DNA of 64,000 nt from Dehalococcoidia bacterium (GCA_965197405.1 OZ240206.1:1608085-1672084), one strand, 5' to 3'. Numbered from the stretch's first letter, positions 36,501-45,567 are shown. Numbers and translations are program-made. The notes: a model not told the origin generated them from the sequence alone.

Positions 36501-37079
36501 CTATCCCAAACTGAGGCCCAGGCTGAGGAAGTACTGGTGCAATCGAGAGTCTCCGGTGAGTTCCGGATGGAAGGACGTGGCCAGGAGATTTTGCTGCTGC
36601 ACGGCCACCGGCCTCCCGTCGGGAAGGCGAGCGAGCACGTCCACGCTATCCCCTACTCTGGATATGACGGGGGCGCGGATGAAAACCGCGCGGAACGGGT
36701 CGCTGCCCAGGGGACGGATTTCCAAGTCTGCCTCGAAGCTGTCCACCTGTCTCCCGAAGGCGTTGCGGACCACCCCGATGTCCATAAGCCCCAGGGGGAT
36801 GGGCTTCTTTTCCGTCAACTCCCCGGCCATCATAATCATACCGGCGCAGGTGCCCCAGATAGGGACCCCTGCGCCGGCCATTTTCTTGATGGGTTCTTTG
36901 AGGTCGTACAAGTCCATCAGGTGGCTGAAGGTGGTGCTCTCTCCACCGGGCATGATGAGCGCTTCCACGCTTTCCAGGTCCTGGGGCAGCCTCACCTCCA
37001 CACTATCCACGCCCAGGCGCTTCAGGACAGCTATATGCTCGGCGAAGTCTCCCTGTACAGCCAGAACTCCTACATTCAC
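36501..37079 (-). CDS. pdxT: Pyridoxal 5'-phosphate synthase glutaminase subunit
   Basis: MNVGVLAVQGDFAEH, LIMPGGESTT, GTCAGMI catalytic Cys, SFHPELT. Confidence 0.9.
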   Translation of the reverse strand: MNVGVLAVQGDFAEHIAVLKRLGVDSVEVRLPQDLESVEALIMPGGESTTFSHLMDLYDLKEPIKKMAGAGVPIWGTCAGMIMMAGELTEKKPIPLGLMDIGVVRNAFGRQVDSFEADLEIRPLGSDPFRAVFIRAPVISRVGDSVDVLARLPDGRPVAVQQQNLLATSFHPELTGDSRLHQYFLSLGLSLG

Positions 37080-37119
37080 CTTGACGGTGCCTCAGTCCAA
37101 GCCTCTGAAAGTCGTCCGC

Positions 37120-38007
37120 CTACAAGTTACCGCGAGGGGCGAGCAACTCTTCCTGACCAAGAGTCCTTACGCCAATGCCCACCATCGGTTCGCCCAGGTC
37201 CCTGGATACTTCGGCCACTATCTTGGGGTCGTTGTAGTGAGTGACCGCCTCCACGACAGCCTTGGCCCGCTTTGCAGGGTCGCTGGACTTGAATATACCG
37301 GAGCCCACGAAGACCCCGTCGGCGCCCAGCTGCATCATCATGGCGGCGTCGGCGGGAGTGGCTACGCCGCCTGCGGCGAAGTTTACCACGGGCAGACGCC
37401 CCTGGTTGCGCGTCTCAATCAGGAGATCCAAGTCCACGCCCAACTCCTTCGCCTGGGTGGGAAGCTCGTCTTCGGGCATGTTCTGCAACCTGCGTATGGA
37501 GTCCATGACGGCCCGCATGTGGCGCACCGCCTCGACCACGTCGCCGGTGCCCGCCTCGCCCTTGGTGCGTATCATGGCTGCGCCCTCGGAAACGCGCCTC
37601 AAAGCCTCTCCCAGGTTGCGGCAGCCGCAAACGAAGGGGACTTTGAAGTTGTTCTTCCACACGTGATGGTCCTCGTCCGCGGGGGTAAGCACCTCCGACT
37701 CGTCTATGTAGTCCACTCCCAGCGCCTCGAGGACCTGCGCCTCCACAAAGTGCCCAATGCGACATTTTGCCATCACCGGGATACTCACTGAGTCTATAAT
37801 CTCAAGAATCCTGGTGGGGTCTGCCATACGCGCCACGCCCCCGGCGGCCCGTATGTCGGCGGGGACCCGCTCCAAGGCCATGACGGACACGGCTCCGGCC
37901 TCATCCGCTATCCGGGCCTGTTCCGCGTTGACCACATCCATGATGACCCCGCCCTTGAGCATCTGGGCCAAGCCCGCCTTGACTCTCCACGTACCCGTAT
38001 CTACCAT
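37120..38007 (-). CDS. pdxS: Pyridoxal 5'-phosphate synthase lyase subunit
   Basis: ORF 37120-38517 trimmed to ATG 38007 (GGAGGA SD; 295 aa). [52 protein letters not shown]. Confidence 0.9.
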   Translation of the reverse strand: MVDTGTWRVKAGLAQMLKGGVIMDVVNAEQARIADEAGAVSVMALERVPADIRAAGGVARMADPTRILEIIDSVSIPVMAKCRIGHFVEAQVLEALGVDYIDESEVLTPADEDHHVWKNNFKVPFVCGCRNLGEALRRVSEGAAMIRTKGEAGTGDVVEAVRHMRAVMDSIRRLQNMPEDELPTQAKELGVDLDLLIETRNQGRLPVVNFAAGGVATPADAAMMMQLGADGVFVGSGIFKSSDPAKRAKAVVEAVTHYNDPKIVAEVSRDLGEPMVGIGVRTLGQEELLAPRGNL

Positions 38008-38160
38008 CCTTATTCCTCCACCGGAAACTCCACGTTCACCATTACCATTATACGATGGCGCGTGGTGTTTATCAATGAGAAGATAGTAGCGAACAGGGGA
38101 TAGGTGTATAATGTTGTGTAGCCTTTTATCTGGGCCGGGGTATTTATGAAGGAGACCGTT

Positions 38161-38601
38161 ATGAGCACTGACGAGACCACCAAGCCCGTGGGCTGGAGTG
38201 GAAAGACGTACCTTTCCATTGACGACCTCGCCGTCATACAGCCGGGCTTGGCTAGAATTATGCCGGAGGTCGGCCAACGATATTGGAAGCTCTACTACGC
38301 CGCCAAAGTGGGCAACTGGGTCATGGCCGAGTTTCAGATCGGGGAAATCCGCGAGCTGATGGAGCTTGGGATTATCACCCGGCCAAAATACGAGGAACAC
38401 CTCGACGCCTTCATGAGTGAAGACATAGGCGCGATGGAAGCGGGAATCAATGCCAAGGACTGGGAGAAGTTCGACGTGGCATTCCAGCAGGGTATCCGCA
38501 ATGCCAATGATTACCACAAGCTGAACGACAAGGAGTACATAGTCTGGAAGCTGCCCGATTACCCCCCGCCGGACCTGGACCTCACTCCACTTGAGCAGTG
38601 A
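38161..38601 (+). CDS. Hypothetical protein (no family recognised)
   Basis: ORF 38146-38601; ATG 38161 has a GAAGGAG SD 6 nt upstream. Good coding look, divergent from pdxS. Confidence 0.55.
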   Translation: MSTDETTKPVGWSGKTYLSIDDLAVIQPGLARIMPEVGQRYWKLYYAAKVGNWVMAEFQIGEIRELMELGIITRPKYEEHLDAFMSEDIGAMEAGINAKDWEKFDVAFQQGIRNANDYHKLNDKEYIVWKLPDYPPPDLDLTPLEQ

Positions 38602-38609
38602 AACTTACG

Positions 38610-38638
38610 TTGACAACCCCATGCCTGAGAATTAAAAT
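38610..38638 (+). promoter_or_regulatory. Near-consensus sigma-70 promoter for rpsP-KH-rimM
   Basis: TTGACA (38610-38615), 17-nt spacer, TAAAAT (38633-38638). Confidence 0.55.
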
Positions 38639-38684
38639 CCGTAAGCAACGGGGTAGTGTACCAGATTAACAGGATGATGAGATT

Positions 38685-38954
38685 ATGCTGAGAATTCGCC
38701 TGAGGCGAGTGGGGAAAAAGGGGAGGCCATCTTACAGAATAGTCGTGGCGGACTCCAGAGCACCAAGGGATGGGGCGTACGTGGAGTGGATAGGCCATTA
38801 TGACCCCCTGTATGACCCCCCCAAAGTTACCCTTAACGAGGAAAAGGCCGTTGAATGGCTGAGGAAGGGCGCACAGCCATCCGAGCCTGTCCAGAGGATT
38901 TTCGGGTGGCAGGGAATCTTCGAAAAGGTAAAAGGGAATGAAGGAGCTAATTGA
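38685..38954 (+). CDS. rpsP: 30S ribosomal protein S16
   Basis: MLRIRLRRVGKKGRPSYRIVVADSRAPRDG...GHYDP. Confidence 0.95.
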   Translation: MLRIRLRRVGKKGRPSYRIVVADSRAPRDGAYVEWIGHYDPLYDPPKVTLNEEKAVEWLRKGAQPSEPVQRIFGWQGIFEKVKGNEGAN

Positions 38955-39165
38955 GTATATAGCCAGAAGCCTGGCCAGTAAGCCCGAAGACGTGCGGGTC
39001 ACCGAAGAGATTGAGGACGGCAGGGTGGTCCTGAGGCTCGAGGTGGCCGACGAGGACAAGGGCAAGATAATTGGCAAGCAGGGCCGGGTAGCTCAGGCGA
39101 TGCGCGTGCTCCTGAGGGTGGCGGCGGTGAAGAACGGTACGAGGGCTATTCTTGAGATAATCTAA
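38938..39165 (+). CDS. KH-domain RNA-binding protein (YlqC/UPF0109)
   Basis: 75 aa, overlaps the rpsP end; VADEDKGKIIGKQGRVAQAMRVLL (GxxG KH loop). Confidence 0.85.
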   Translation: MKELIEYIARSLASKPEDVRVTEEIEDGRVVLRLEVADEDKGKIIGKQGRVAQAMRVLLRVAAVKNGTRAILEII

Positions 39166-39304
39166 CCTTCTTTCCGGCTCTCTGGCTCTCCGGTGCGGGC
39201 GGTCTGCGCACCGCTCCACGGCACGGTCTCCCCATAGGCGCGAGAAGACCCTCTTATTCGCCGGACCTGCCCCGGCTTCTCCCCAGCATAGTGAGGTTCG
39301 GCCC

Positions 39305-39835
39305 ATGTACGAAGATGCTGCCTCAACCGGGCCGGTCATAGTGGGCAGGGTCCTGGCTCCCAGGGGCCCGGCAGGCGAGGTCAAAGTAGAGGTCATCAGC
39401 GATTCTCCCGCCAGGTTCTCGAAGGGGAGTGTCCTGTATCTAAAGGGTCAGACCCACCGGATACAACGCTCCTACAGACTCCCCAGGGGAACAATGGCCC
39501 TGAAACTGGAGGGCATCAACAGCCGCAACGAGGCCGAAGGCCTGCGGGACTGCTTCCTGACGGTGTCCGAGGACATGACCCCCCCATTGCCCGAGGGCGA
39601 GTATTATCACTTCCAGATTATTGACATGAGCGTCTACACCCGGAAACTGGAATACCTGGGGCAGATAACCCAGATCCTTCCCACGGGAAGCAACGACGTG
39701 TACGTGGTGTCCGTGGCGTCCGATGAGGACGAGGAGCTATTGATACCCGCCGTGGATGAGGTAATCGTGGAGGTGGACGTGGCGCAGGGGACCATGACCG
39801 TTGACCTTCCCGACGGGCTGAGACCGGGCCATTGA
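39305..39835 (+). CDS. rimM: 16S rRNA processing protein RimM
   Basis: VIVGRVLAPRGPAGEVKV, NSRNEAEGL, PLPEGEYYHFQIIDMSVY (PRC barrel), LIPAVDEVIVEVD. Confidence 0.85.
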   Translation: MYEDAASTGPVIVGRVLAPRGPAGEVKVEVISDSPARFSKGSVLYLKGQTHRIQRSYRLPRGTMALKLEGINSRNEAEGLRDCFLTVSEDMTPPLPEGEYYHFQIIDMSVYTRKLEYLGQITQILPTGSNDVYVVSVASDEDEELLIPAVDEVIVEVDVAQGTMTVDLPDGLRPGH

Positions 39836-39992
39836 CACGATATAGCAACCCTGCTACCATCGCCCTGCCATGAGCAGGCTCACAGGGTAGGTCCCGTGGG
39901 CTTGCCGACCCCGGCGGTATTCCGCTTGATCAATACTCTCTAAAGGGACCAAACAGTCTGCCCAAGAAAAGAGAATTAGTAAGGAGGTCATC

Positions 39993-40904
39993 GTGCCTAT
40001 CGAGCAAGTCTCTCCGGAGCTTGAACGGATTGTTTCACTGGACCAGGAGGTAGAGGAATTGGGGAGGGGTTACAGCGTTGCTGAAGGCCCCCTGTGGCAC
40101 AAGGAAGGAGGATACCTCCTTTTCAGCGACATCCGCAACAACCGGCGGATGAAGTGGACGGCCCAGGAGGGCATAACCCTCCTCCAGGAGGATACCAACG
40201 GGGCAAACGGGCTTACCTGGGACCCCCAGGGCAGAATGGTAATCTGCGAGGGCGGCGCTCGGCGCATGACCCGTCTGGAGGCCGACGGAAGCATCACAGT
40301 CATAGCCAACAACTATCAGGGTACGCTGCTCAACCGCCCCAACGATGTGGTGGTGAAGTCCGACGGGAGCATTTACTTCACCGATCCGGGCGCACCGGAC
40401 CCGGAGCTGGATATGGACTTCTGCGGGGTGTACCGCGTCTCCCCGGACCTGAGCGACATCACCCTGGTGGTCAGGGACTTTGTCCTGCCCAACGGCCTGA
40501 TGTTCTCTCCTGACGAAAGCATCCTCTACATAAACGACTCCGTCGGTGTCTTGAGGCGTGAGGACAACATGTTCCTCAGCATAGGTCATATAAGGGCCTT
40601 CGATGTACAGCCCGACGGGACGCTGACCAACGACCGCGTCTTCAGCGAGCTGAGGTCGGACCGGTCCGGCATCCCGGACGGCATGAAGGTCGATGTGGAG
40701 GGTAACGTATACTGCACGGGGCCCGGGGGACTATGGGTCCTGGACCCGTCGGGCAAGCACCTGGGGACCATTTTGACGGGGGCGGAGCAGACGACTAATA
40801 ACGGCTGGGGTGGCGACGACTGGAAGACCATGTTCATCACCACCATGGACGCCATCTTCCGTATCCAGCTGAACATTCCGGGAGTGCCCGTCCCGTCTCG
40901 TTAG
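39993..40904 (+). CDS. SMP-30/gluconolactonase/LRE family protein
   Basis: GTG start behind AAGGAGG; VAEGPLWHKEGGYLLFSDI, RPNDVVVKSDGSIYFTDP, PNGLMFSPDE, PDGMKVD. Confidence 0.85.
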   Translation: MPIEQVSPELERIVSLDQEVEELGRGYSVAEGPLWHKEGGYLLFSDIRNNRRMKWTAQEGITLLQEDTNGANGLTWDPQGRMVICEGGARRMTRLEADGSITVIANNYQGTLLNRPNDVVVKSDGSIYFTDPGAPDPELDMDFCGVYRVSPDLSDITLVVRDFVLPNGLMFSPDESILYINDSVGVLRREDNMFLSIGHIRAFDVQPDGTLTNDRVFSELRSDRSGIPDGMKVDVEGNVYCTGPGGLWVLDPSGKHLGTILTGAEQTTNNGWGGDDWKTMFITTMDAIFRIQLNIPGVPVPSR

Positions 40905-41049
40905 GGTCAGTGACCAGTGGCTAGTGATTAGTGGTTAGCGTTCAGTGGGTAGTGGATAGTAACTCCATCCGCGCTCTCTGAGATAAGCCCTCGACCAACC
41001 ACCATTCACTAGCCACTATTCACTAATTACTGACCACTAGCCACCGACC
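40905..41049. repeat. ~145-bp imperfect palindrome built from CCACTAGCCACT-type units
   Basis: Left arm GGTCAGTGACCAGTGGCTAGTGATTAGTGGTTAGCG..., right arm ...CACTAGCCACTATTCACTAATTACTGACCACTAGCCACCGACC. The same unit ends the family C copies at 11500 and 34393. Confidence 0.6.
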
Positions 41050-41068
41050 AATTGCTGCCATGCCAGTC

Positions 41069-41097
41069 TTGATTTATAAGAACTTTTGTTCTATAAT
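41069..41097 (+). promoter_or_regulatory. Near-consensus sigma-70 promoter
   Basis: TTGATT (41069-41074), 17-nt spacer, TATAAT (41092-41097). It lies inside the long ORF 41060-41422, arguing for a downstream start. Confidence 0.5.
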
Positions 41098-41113
41098 CCT
41101 TCCACAAGACTGG

Positions 41114-41422
41114 ATGAAGGATGCAGCAATGAGACCTGGAGATACGAGCGCTCTCTTAGCGGACGTGGTCCCTGAAAGATACCCCTACCGTGACGAAGGC
41201 TGCGAGCTGTCGCCTTCCTGCCTCAGATGCCCGCTGCCTCAGTGCAAATACGATGACCCCGGCTGGTTCTACAGGCAGAAGCGAGAGGAGAGGGACAGAG
41301 AAGTGCTAGCGGCGCTGCGGGAGGCTGGCCTGTCGGTGCCGGAGGTGGCGGCCCTGTTCGCCCTGAGCCAGCGCACGATATTCCGCATCCTCAGCAGGGC
41401 CGAGACGCAGGCAATAGCTTGA
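41114..41422 (+). CDS. Small Cys4 + helix-turn-helix protein (putative transcriptional regulator)
   Basis: Start ATG 41114 or 41129. CELSPSCLRCPLPQC (C-x5-C-x2-C-x4-C) followed by LSVPEVAALFALSQRTIFRIL, an HTH-like segment. Confidence 0.5.
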   Translation: MKDAAMRPGDTSALLADVVPERYPYRDEGCELSPSCLRCPLPQCKYDDPGWFYRQKREERDREVLAALREAGLSVPEVAALFALSQRTIFRILSRAETQAIA

Positions 41423-41610
41423 CACCGCATACCGGAGTGATATGATGTAGCTGCCACCCACCCGCCGGGGGGGCGAGCCAGGCAAGGCAGTATTCGATGA
41501 TGGGCCGCTGGGACCCTGCGGGGCCAAGACGGCCGGAAGGCAAGTAGTTGGCACCCCCTTGGCGGGTCCAAGGGGGTGCCCTTCGTTTGTGGGCAAGGGG
41601 AGGCCGTTCT

Positions 41611-42588
41611 GTGGCCAACGCCATAACCGACGTTCAGGGTATAGAGGTGGGCCATTACACGGACCGGGCCGCAGCCACCGGGTGTACGGTGGTGGTCTGC
41701 GCCGAGGGCGCGGTAGGGGGCGTAGACGTAAGGGGAGGCGCTCCCGGCACCAGGGAAACCGCCCTGCTGGGACCGGGGAACCTGGTGGAGCGGGTCCATG
41801 CCGTCCTCCTCAGCGGTGGCAGCGCCTTCGGACTCGACGCCTCGGCGGGGGTGATGCGCTATCTGGAAGAGCGGGGCATCGGGTTCAAACTTGGCCCTGC
41901 CACCATACCCATAGTGCCCGCCGCCATCCTCTTCGACCTCAACCTCATTACCGGCGAGGTCAGGCCCGGCCCCGAAGATGGCTACAAGGCCTGCGCTGCC
42001 CGCTCCAACGGCGCCGTGCCAGAGGGGAGCGTGGGTGCAGGCACGGGGGCTACGGTAGCCAAGGCCCTGGGCATGGAGCGGGCCATTAAAGGGGGCATCG
42101 GCACGGCTAGCCTGGAGCTACAGGGTGGCGTAGTGGTGGGGGCCATTGTGGCGGTGAACGCCTACGGAGGCGTCACGGACCATCGCGCTGGCAGGGTCCT
42201 CGCCGGTCCCCGCAGGGACGACGGAGCGGGGCTCCACGATCCGGTGGACCTGCTCATAAGAGGCGATGGCGAAAGTCCCAGCTCCCCGATGACCAACACC
42301 ACCATCGGGGTCGTCGCCACCAACGCCGCCCTCACGAAAGACCAGGCCCACTTCCTGGCGAGGGTGAGCCACGATGGCCTGGCCCTTACCATCAGGCCAT
42401 GCCACACGATGCAGGACGGCGACACTATCTTTGCCCTGGCCACCGGCAAGGCTGCTGCCGCTCCTGACCTGGTCAGGCTGGGCGCGGCGGCAGTGGAGGT
42501 GACAGCCCAGTCCGTGCTGAGGGCGCTGCTCATGGCCGACGGACTGGGTGGGGTCCCTTCGCTGAGGGAGCTATCTACCCCGCCATAG
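41611..42588 (+). CDS. Peptidase S58 (DmpA/P1 aminopeptidase) family protein
   Basis: GTG 41611 behind AGGGGAGG; NAITDVQGIEVGHYTD, TGCTVVV, GGAPGTRET, LSGGSAFGLDA, NTTIGVVATNA. Confidence 0.8.
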   Translation: MANAITDVQGIEVGHYTDRAAATGCTVVVCAEGAVGGVDVRGGAPGTRETALLGPGNLVERVHAVLLSGGSAFGLDASAGVMRYLEERGIGFKLGPATIPIVPAAILFDLNLITGEVRPGPEDGYKACAARSNGAVPEGSVGAGTGATVAKALGMERAIKGGIGTASLELQGGVVVGAIVAVNAYGGVTDHRAGRVLAGPRRDDGAGLHDPVDLLIRGDGESPSSPMTNTTIGVVATNAALTKDQAHFLARVSHDGLALTIRPCHTMQDGDTIFALATGKAAAAPDLVRLGAAAVEVTAQSVLRALLMADGLGGVPSLRELSTPP

Positions 42589-42655
42589 CGGGCTGGCGGC
42601 CGGTGGCACAACGGCCAGGCGGTCTTGATTACCGGTGCCCAGGTTGAGGTGAGAA

Positions 42656-43540
42656 ATGGATGGCCCGACGATTGGATTCATCGGAGCAGGGGCCGTGGGC
42701 AAAGGTCTCGCCCTGGCCATCGCCTCCAGGGGATACAGCGTCGTGGCCGTCTACAGTCGAAGCCGGACCTCAGCAGAAGCCCTGGCCGCCCGTGTGCCAG
42801 GCTGTGAAAGCCTCCCAGTCCCTCAGGAGGTGGCCGACAGGTGCAGCCTGGTCTTCATCACCACCCCCGATGAGGCTATAAACCGGGTGGCTTCCCAGGT
42901 AAAATGGCGTACCGGACAAGGAGTCGTACACTGCAGCGGGGCCGAGTCCCTGGACATACTGGAGCCTGCCGCCAGGCAGGGTGCCCTTCCAGGCTCCTTC
43001 CATCCCTTTCAGACCTTCGCCTGCCTGGAGACCCCGGAAGAGGCCGTGGAGCGTCTGGAGGGGACTCTATTTTCCATAGAGGGCCATGGCTGGCTCCGGA
43101 GCTTCCTGGAGAAGATAGCCGCCCATCTGGGCGGCAGGTCCATACCCGTCAGACCCGAAGATCGGGCCATCTATCACGCTTCGGCTGTCATGGCTTGTGG
43201 CTATGTGGTGGCCCTGCTGGAAGCCGCCGCCGGCCTGTGGCAGGCTATGGGGGCCTCTCGGGAAGACGCCCTGTCCACAATCGTCCCCCTCGCGAGGACT
43301 ACCCTGGAAAATATCTCCAGGGCGGGACCCGAGGCGAGCGCGACCGGCCCCCTGATGCGCGGGGACGCAGCGACCTTGCAACGGCACCTGGAGGCCCTGG
43401 AAAGCAGGCTGCCCAGGCTCATCCCCCTGTATTCCTCCCTCTCCCTGGAGTCTCTCTCCCTGGCCCGGGAAAAGGTGGGCAGAGACAAGCTGGAGGAGAT
43501 GGAGCGGCTGATTGAAGAGTACGCTCGTAGACACGTTTAG
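42656..43540 (+). CDS. Rossmann-fold NAD(P)-binding + DUF2520-type protein (possible PanG-like ketopantoate reductase)
   Basis: IGFIGAGAVGKGLA dinucleotide fold, SFHPFQTF, DUF2520-like C-terminal half; directly upstream of panB. Confidence 0.6.
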   Translation: MDGPTIGFIGAGAVGKGLALAIASRGYSVVAVYSRSRTSAEALAARVPGCESLPVPQEVADRCSLVFITTPDEAINRVASQVKWRTGQGVVHCSGAESLDILEPAARQGALPGSFHPFQTFACLETPEEAVERLEGTLFSIEGHGWLRSFLEKIAAHLGGRSIPVRPEDRAIYHASAVMACGYVVALLEAAAGLWQAMGASREDALSTIVPLARTTLENISRAGPEASATGPLMRGDAATLQRHLEALESRLPRLIPLYSSLSLESLSLAREKVGRDKLEEMERLIEEYARRHV

Positions 43541-43556
43541 AGGGTGTGCAAAAAGT

Positions 43557-43653
43557 TCCTTCTCCCCTGGTGAGAGAAGGCTAGGATGAGGGGGACGGCC
43601 TTGCCGAGGGGAACGCCCCCTCACTCTAACCCTCTCCCGCGAGGGGCGAGGGG
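43557..43653. repeat. Repeat family C copy
   Basis: GTGTGCAAAAAGTTCCTTCTCCCCTGGTGAGAGAAGGCTAGGATGAGGGGGA ... CTAACCCTCTCCCGCGAGGGGCGAGGGGACTTTGCACA (inverted termini GTGCAAAG). Confidence 0.65.
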
Positions 43654-43665
43654 ACTTTGCACATA

Positions 43666-43735
43666 CCCTGCTGCGAAAGCAGGGAAGTGACGCTGGGGAA
43701 GTCGTCAGGGTTTATTATATTGTTCACCTATTAGT
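43666..43735. repeat. Repeat family B, right half
   Basis: CCCTGCTGCGAAAGCAGGGAAGTGACGCTGGGGAAGTCGTCAGGGTTTATTATATTGTTCACCTATTAGTA. Confidence 0.5.
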
Positions 43736-43776
43736 AGCTGCCAAATGCTCTGCCAAATGCTCTGAAGGAGGGTGAC

Positions 43777-44640
43777 ATGGCCAGGCGGGTGACGGTAAGA
43801 GACATCGCTAGCATGAAGGCCAAGGGTGAGAAGATAGCCATGATCACCGCCTACGACTACACCACCGCCAGGCTGGCCGACGAGTCCGGATTTCCCATGC
43901 TCCTGGTGGGGGACAGCCTGGGCATGGTGGTGTTGGGCTACGACTCCACCATACCCGTGACTATGGAGGACATGCTCCACCACATCAAGGCCGTGGCCCG
44001 GGGCTCGAAACGCTCCCTGATAGTGGGAGACCTCCCCTTCATGGCCTACCGTATAGACACGTCCCAGGCCCTCCACAACGCCGCGCGGCTCCTGCAAGAG
44101 GGCAACGCCCACGCGGTGAAGCTGGAAGGGGGAGAGCGCGTGGCCGGTACGGTGCACCGCATCGTGGAGTGCGGCATACCCGTCATGGGCCACATCGGAC
44201 TCACGCCCCAGTCGGTGAACAGCTTTGGCGGGTACAGGGTCCGGGGCAAGGGCAAGCAGGAGGCTGCCCAGCTGCTCAGGGACGCGATAGCATTGGAGGA
44301 GGCCGGGGCCTTTGCCCTGGTGCTGGAGCTGGTGCCCACAGCCCTCGCCGGCGCCATCACCCGGCGGCTATCCATCCCCACCATAGGCATCGGCGCCGGG
44401 CCTTGCTGCGACGGCCAGGTCCAGGTGCTTCACGATATGCTGGGCCTGTACACGGACTTTGTGCCCAAGCACGCCAGGCAGTACGCCCGCCTGGCCGAGA
44501 GCATGGCCGACGCCTTCAAACGCTACGTGGACGAGGTGAAGGACGGCTCCTTCCCCACCGAGAAAGAGAGCTTCGGCATGGACGAGGGCATTCTGGACGA
44601 GCTGGAAGCCGCTTCGGTAAGGCTACCGGGCGAAGGGTAG
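43777..44640 (+). CDS. panB: 3-methyl-2-oxobutanoate hydroxymethyltransferase
   Basis: KIAMITAYDYTTARLADESG, LLVGDSLGMVVLGYDST, VGDLPF, VKLEGG, GHIGLTPQS. Confidence 0.95.
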   Translation: MARRVTVRDIASMKAKGEKIAMITAYDYTTARLADESGFPMLLVGDSLGMVVLGYDSTIPVTMEDMLHHIKAVARGSKRSLIVGDLPFMAYRIDTSQALHNAARLLQEGNAHAVKLEGGERVAGTVHRIVECGIPVMGHIGLTPQSVNSFGGYRVRGKGKQEAAQLLRDAIALEEAGAFALVLELVPTALAGAITRRLSIPTIGIGAGPCCDGQVQVLHDMLGLYTDFVPKHARQYARLAESMADAFKRYVDEVKDGSFPTEKESFGMDEGILDELEAASVRLPGEG

Positions 44641-44666
44641 AGGGGCGGCTAGGGCGGCGGTGTCTG

Positions 44667-44770
44667 TCGTCACTCCCGCGAACGCGGGAGTCCAAGGGTG
44701 TCGGGGCGGTAGATACCCGCTCCCCGTTTTCACGGGGACAAGCTTCGCGGGTATGGCGAAGGGTACTTTC
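44667..44770. repeat. Repeat family D modules
   Basis: GTCGTCACTCCCGCGAACGCGGGAGTCC and ATACCCGCTCCCCGTTTTCACGGGGACAAGCTTCGCGGGTAT. Confidence 0.6.
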
Positions 44771-44805
44771 ACAGCAATCGCTATCTGAAATACAGGGAGG
44801 GTGCT

Positions 44806-45567
44806 ATGGGGATTCTAGGGATCGAAAACAGAACGGAAAACTGGAAAACCGCGTATTGCTTCTCCCCGTTTTTCAGAGACCCCTCCGCTCGCAGTATTCT
44901 TGCTAATCGCCTACTCAAACCGTTAGATAAGTCTCAATCAAGCGATGTCCATCTCGAGCTATTTTGGTATGGGATGCGGGACTATATTGCCCACCTAAAG
45001 AAGGAAAAGAAGCCCGCCCCCACTCCCCAGGACTTAGCAGAGCGTTATACGTGCCTATTTGGCGACTTGCGTGGACACATTGAAAAGTTCATTGAAGAAT
45101 TTGGGCAATCACGGACTCTGAGACCACTCAATAATACTTGGAACTATGATGTGGGCACGGAAGACAGTGTCAAGAGCTTGTACAGCAACCTGGCCCGCAC
45201 CGAAATAGACATTGTCTTGGAAACCTCCAAGCACCTTTTCATCGGGGAAGCCAAGCACGAGTCGAAATTGGTGGGGGACGGAAGTCGGGTCCTCGTCCAT
45301 CAGTTCATCCGCGAATACGTGATGGCAACAATTCTGGTTGACTTCCGTGCATCCGACGATTACCCCAGGAAAATAGTAATCCCCTTTGTGGTGGGGGATG
45401 ATGCCAAACAACTGAAGGAGTACCATCAGATTAGGTTCATGATCTCGCAAGAGAGGAAGGACCATGACTCCGGCAAGAAATGGCTTGATGAGAAAAATGT
45501 GCTGTCGTGGGACGACATTGAAAACTTCACCCGTAACCCTTCCGCCAAGGCCGAGACTGAACAATAA
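44806..45567 (+). CDS. Orphan PD-(D/E)xK nuclease-superfamily protein (hypothetical)
   Basis: 253-aa ORF behind GGGAGGG, visibly AT-richer than panB/panC. TEIDIVLETSKHLFIGEAKHES gives D...E-x-K spacing typical of the restriction-endonuclease fold. Confidence 0.5.
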   Translation: MGILGIENRTENWKTAYCFSPFFRDPSARSILANRLLKPLDKSQSSDVHLELFWYGMRDYIAHLKKEKKPAPTPQDLAERYTCLFGDLRGHIEKFIEEFGQSRTLRPLNNTWNYDVGTEDSVKSLYSNLARTEIDIVLETSKHLFIGEAKHESKLVGDGSRVLVHQFIREYVMATILVDFRASDDYPRKIVIPFVVGDDAKQLKEYHQIRFMISQERKDHDSGKKWLDEKNVLSWDDIENFTRNPSAKAETEQ

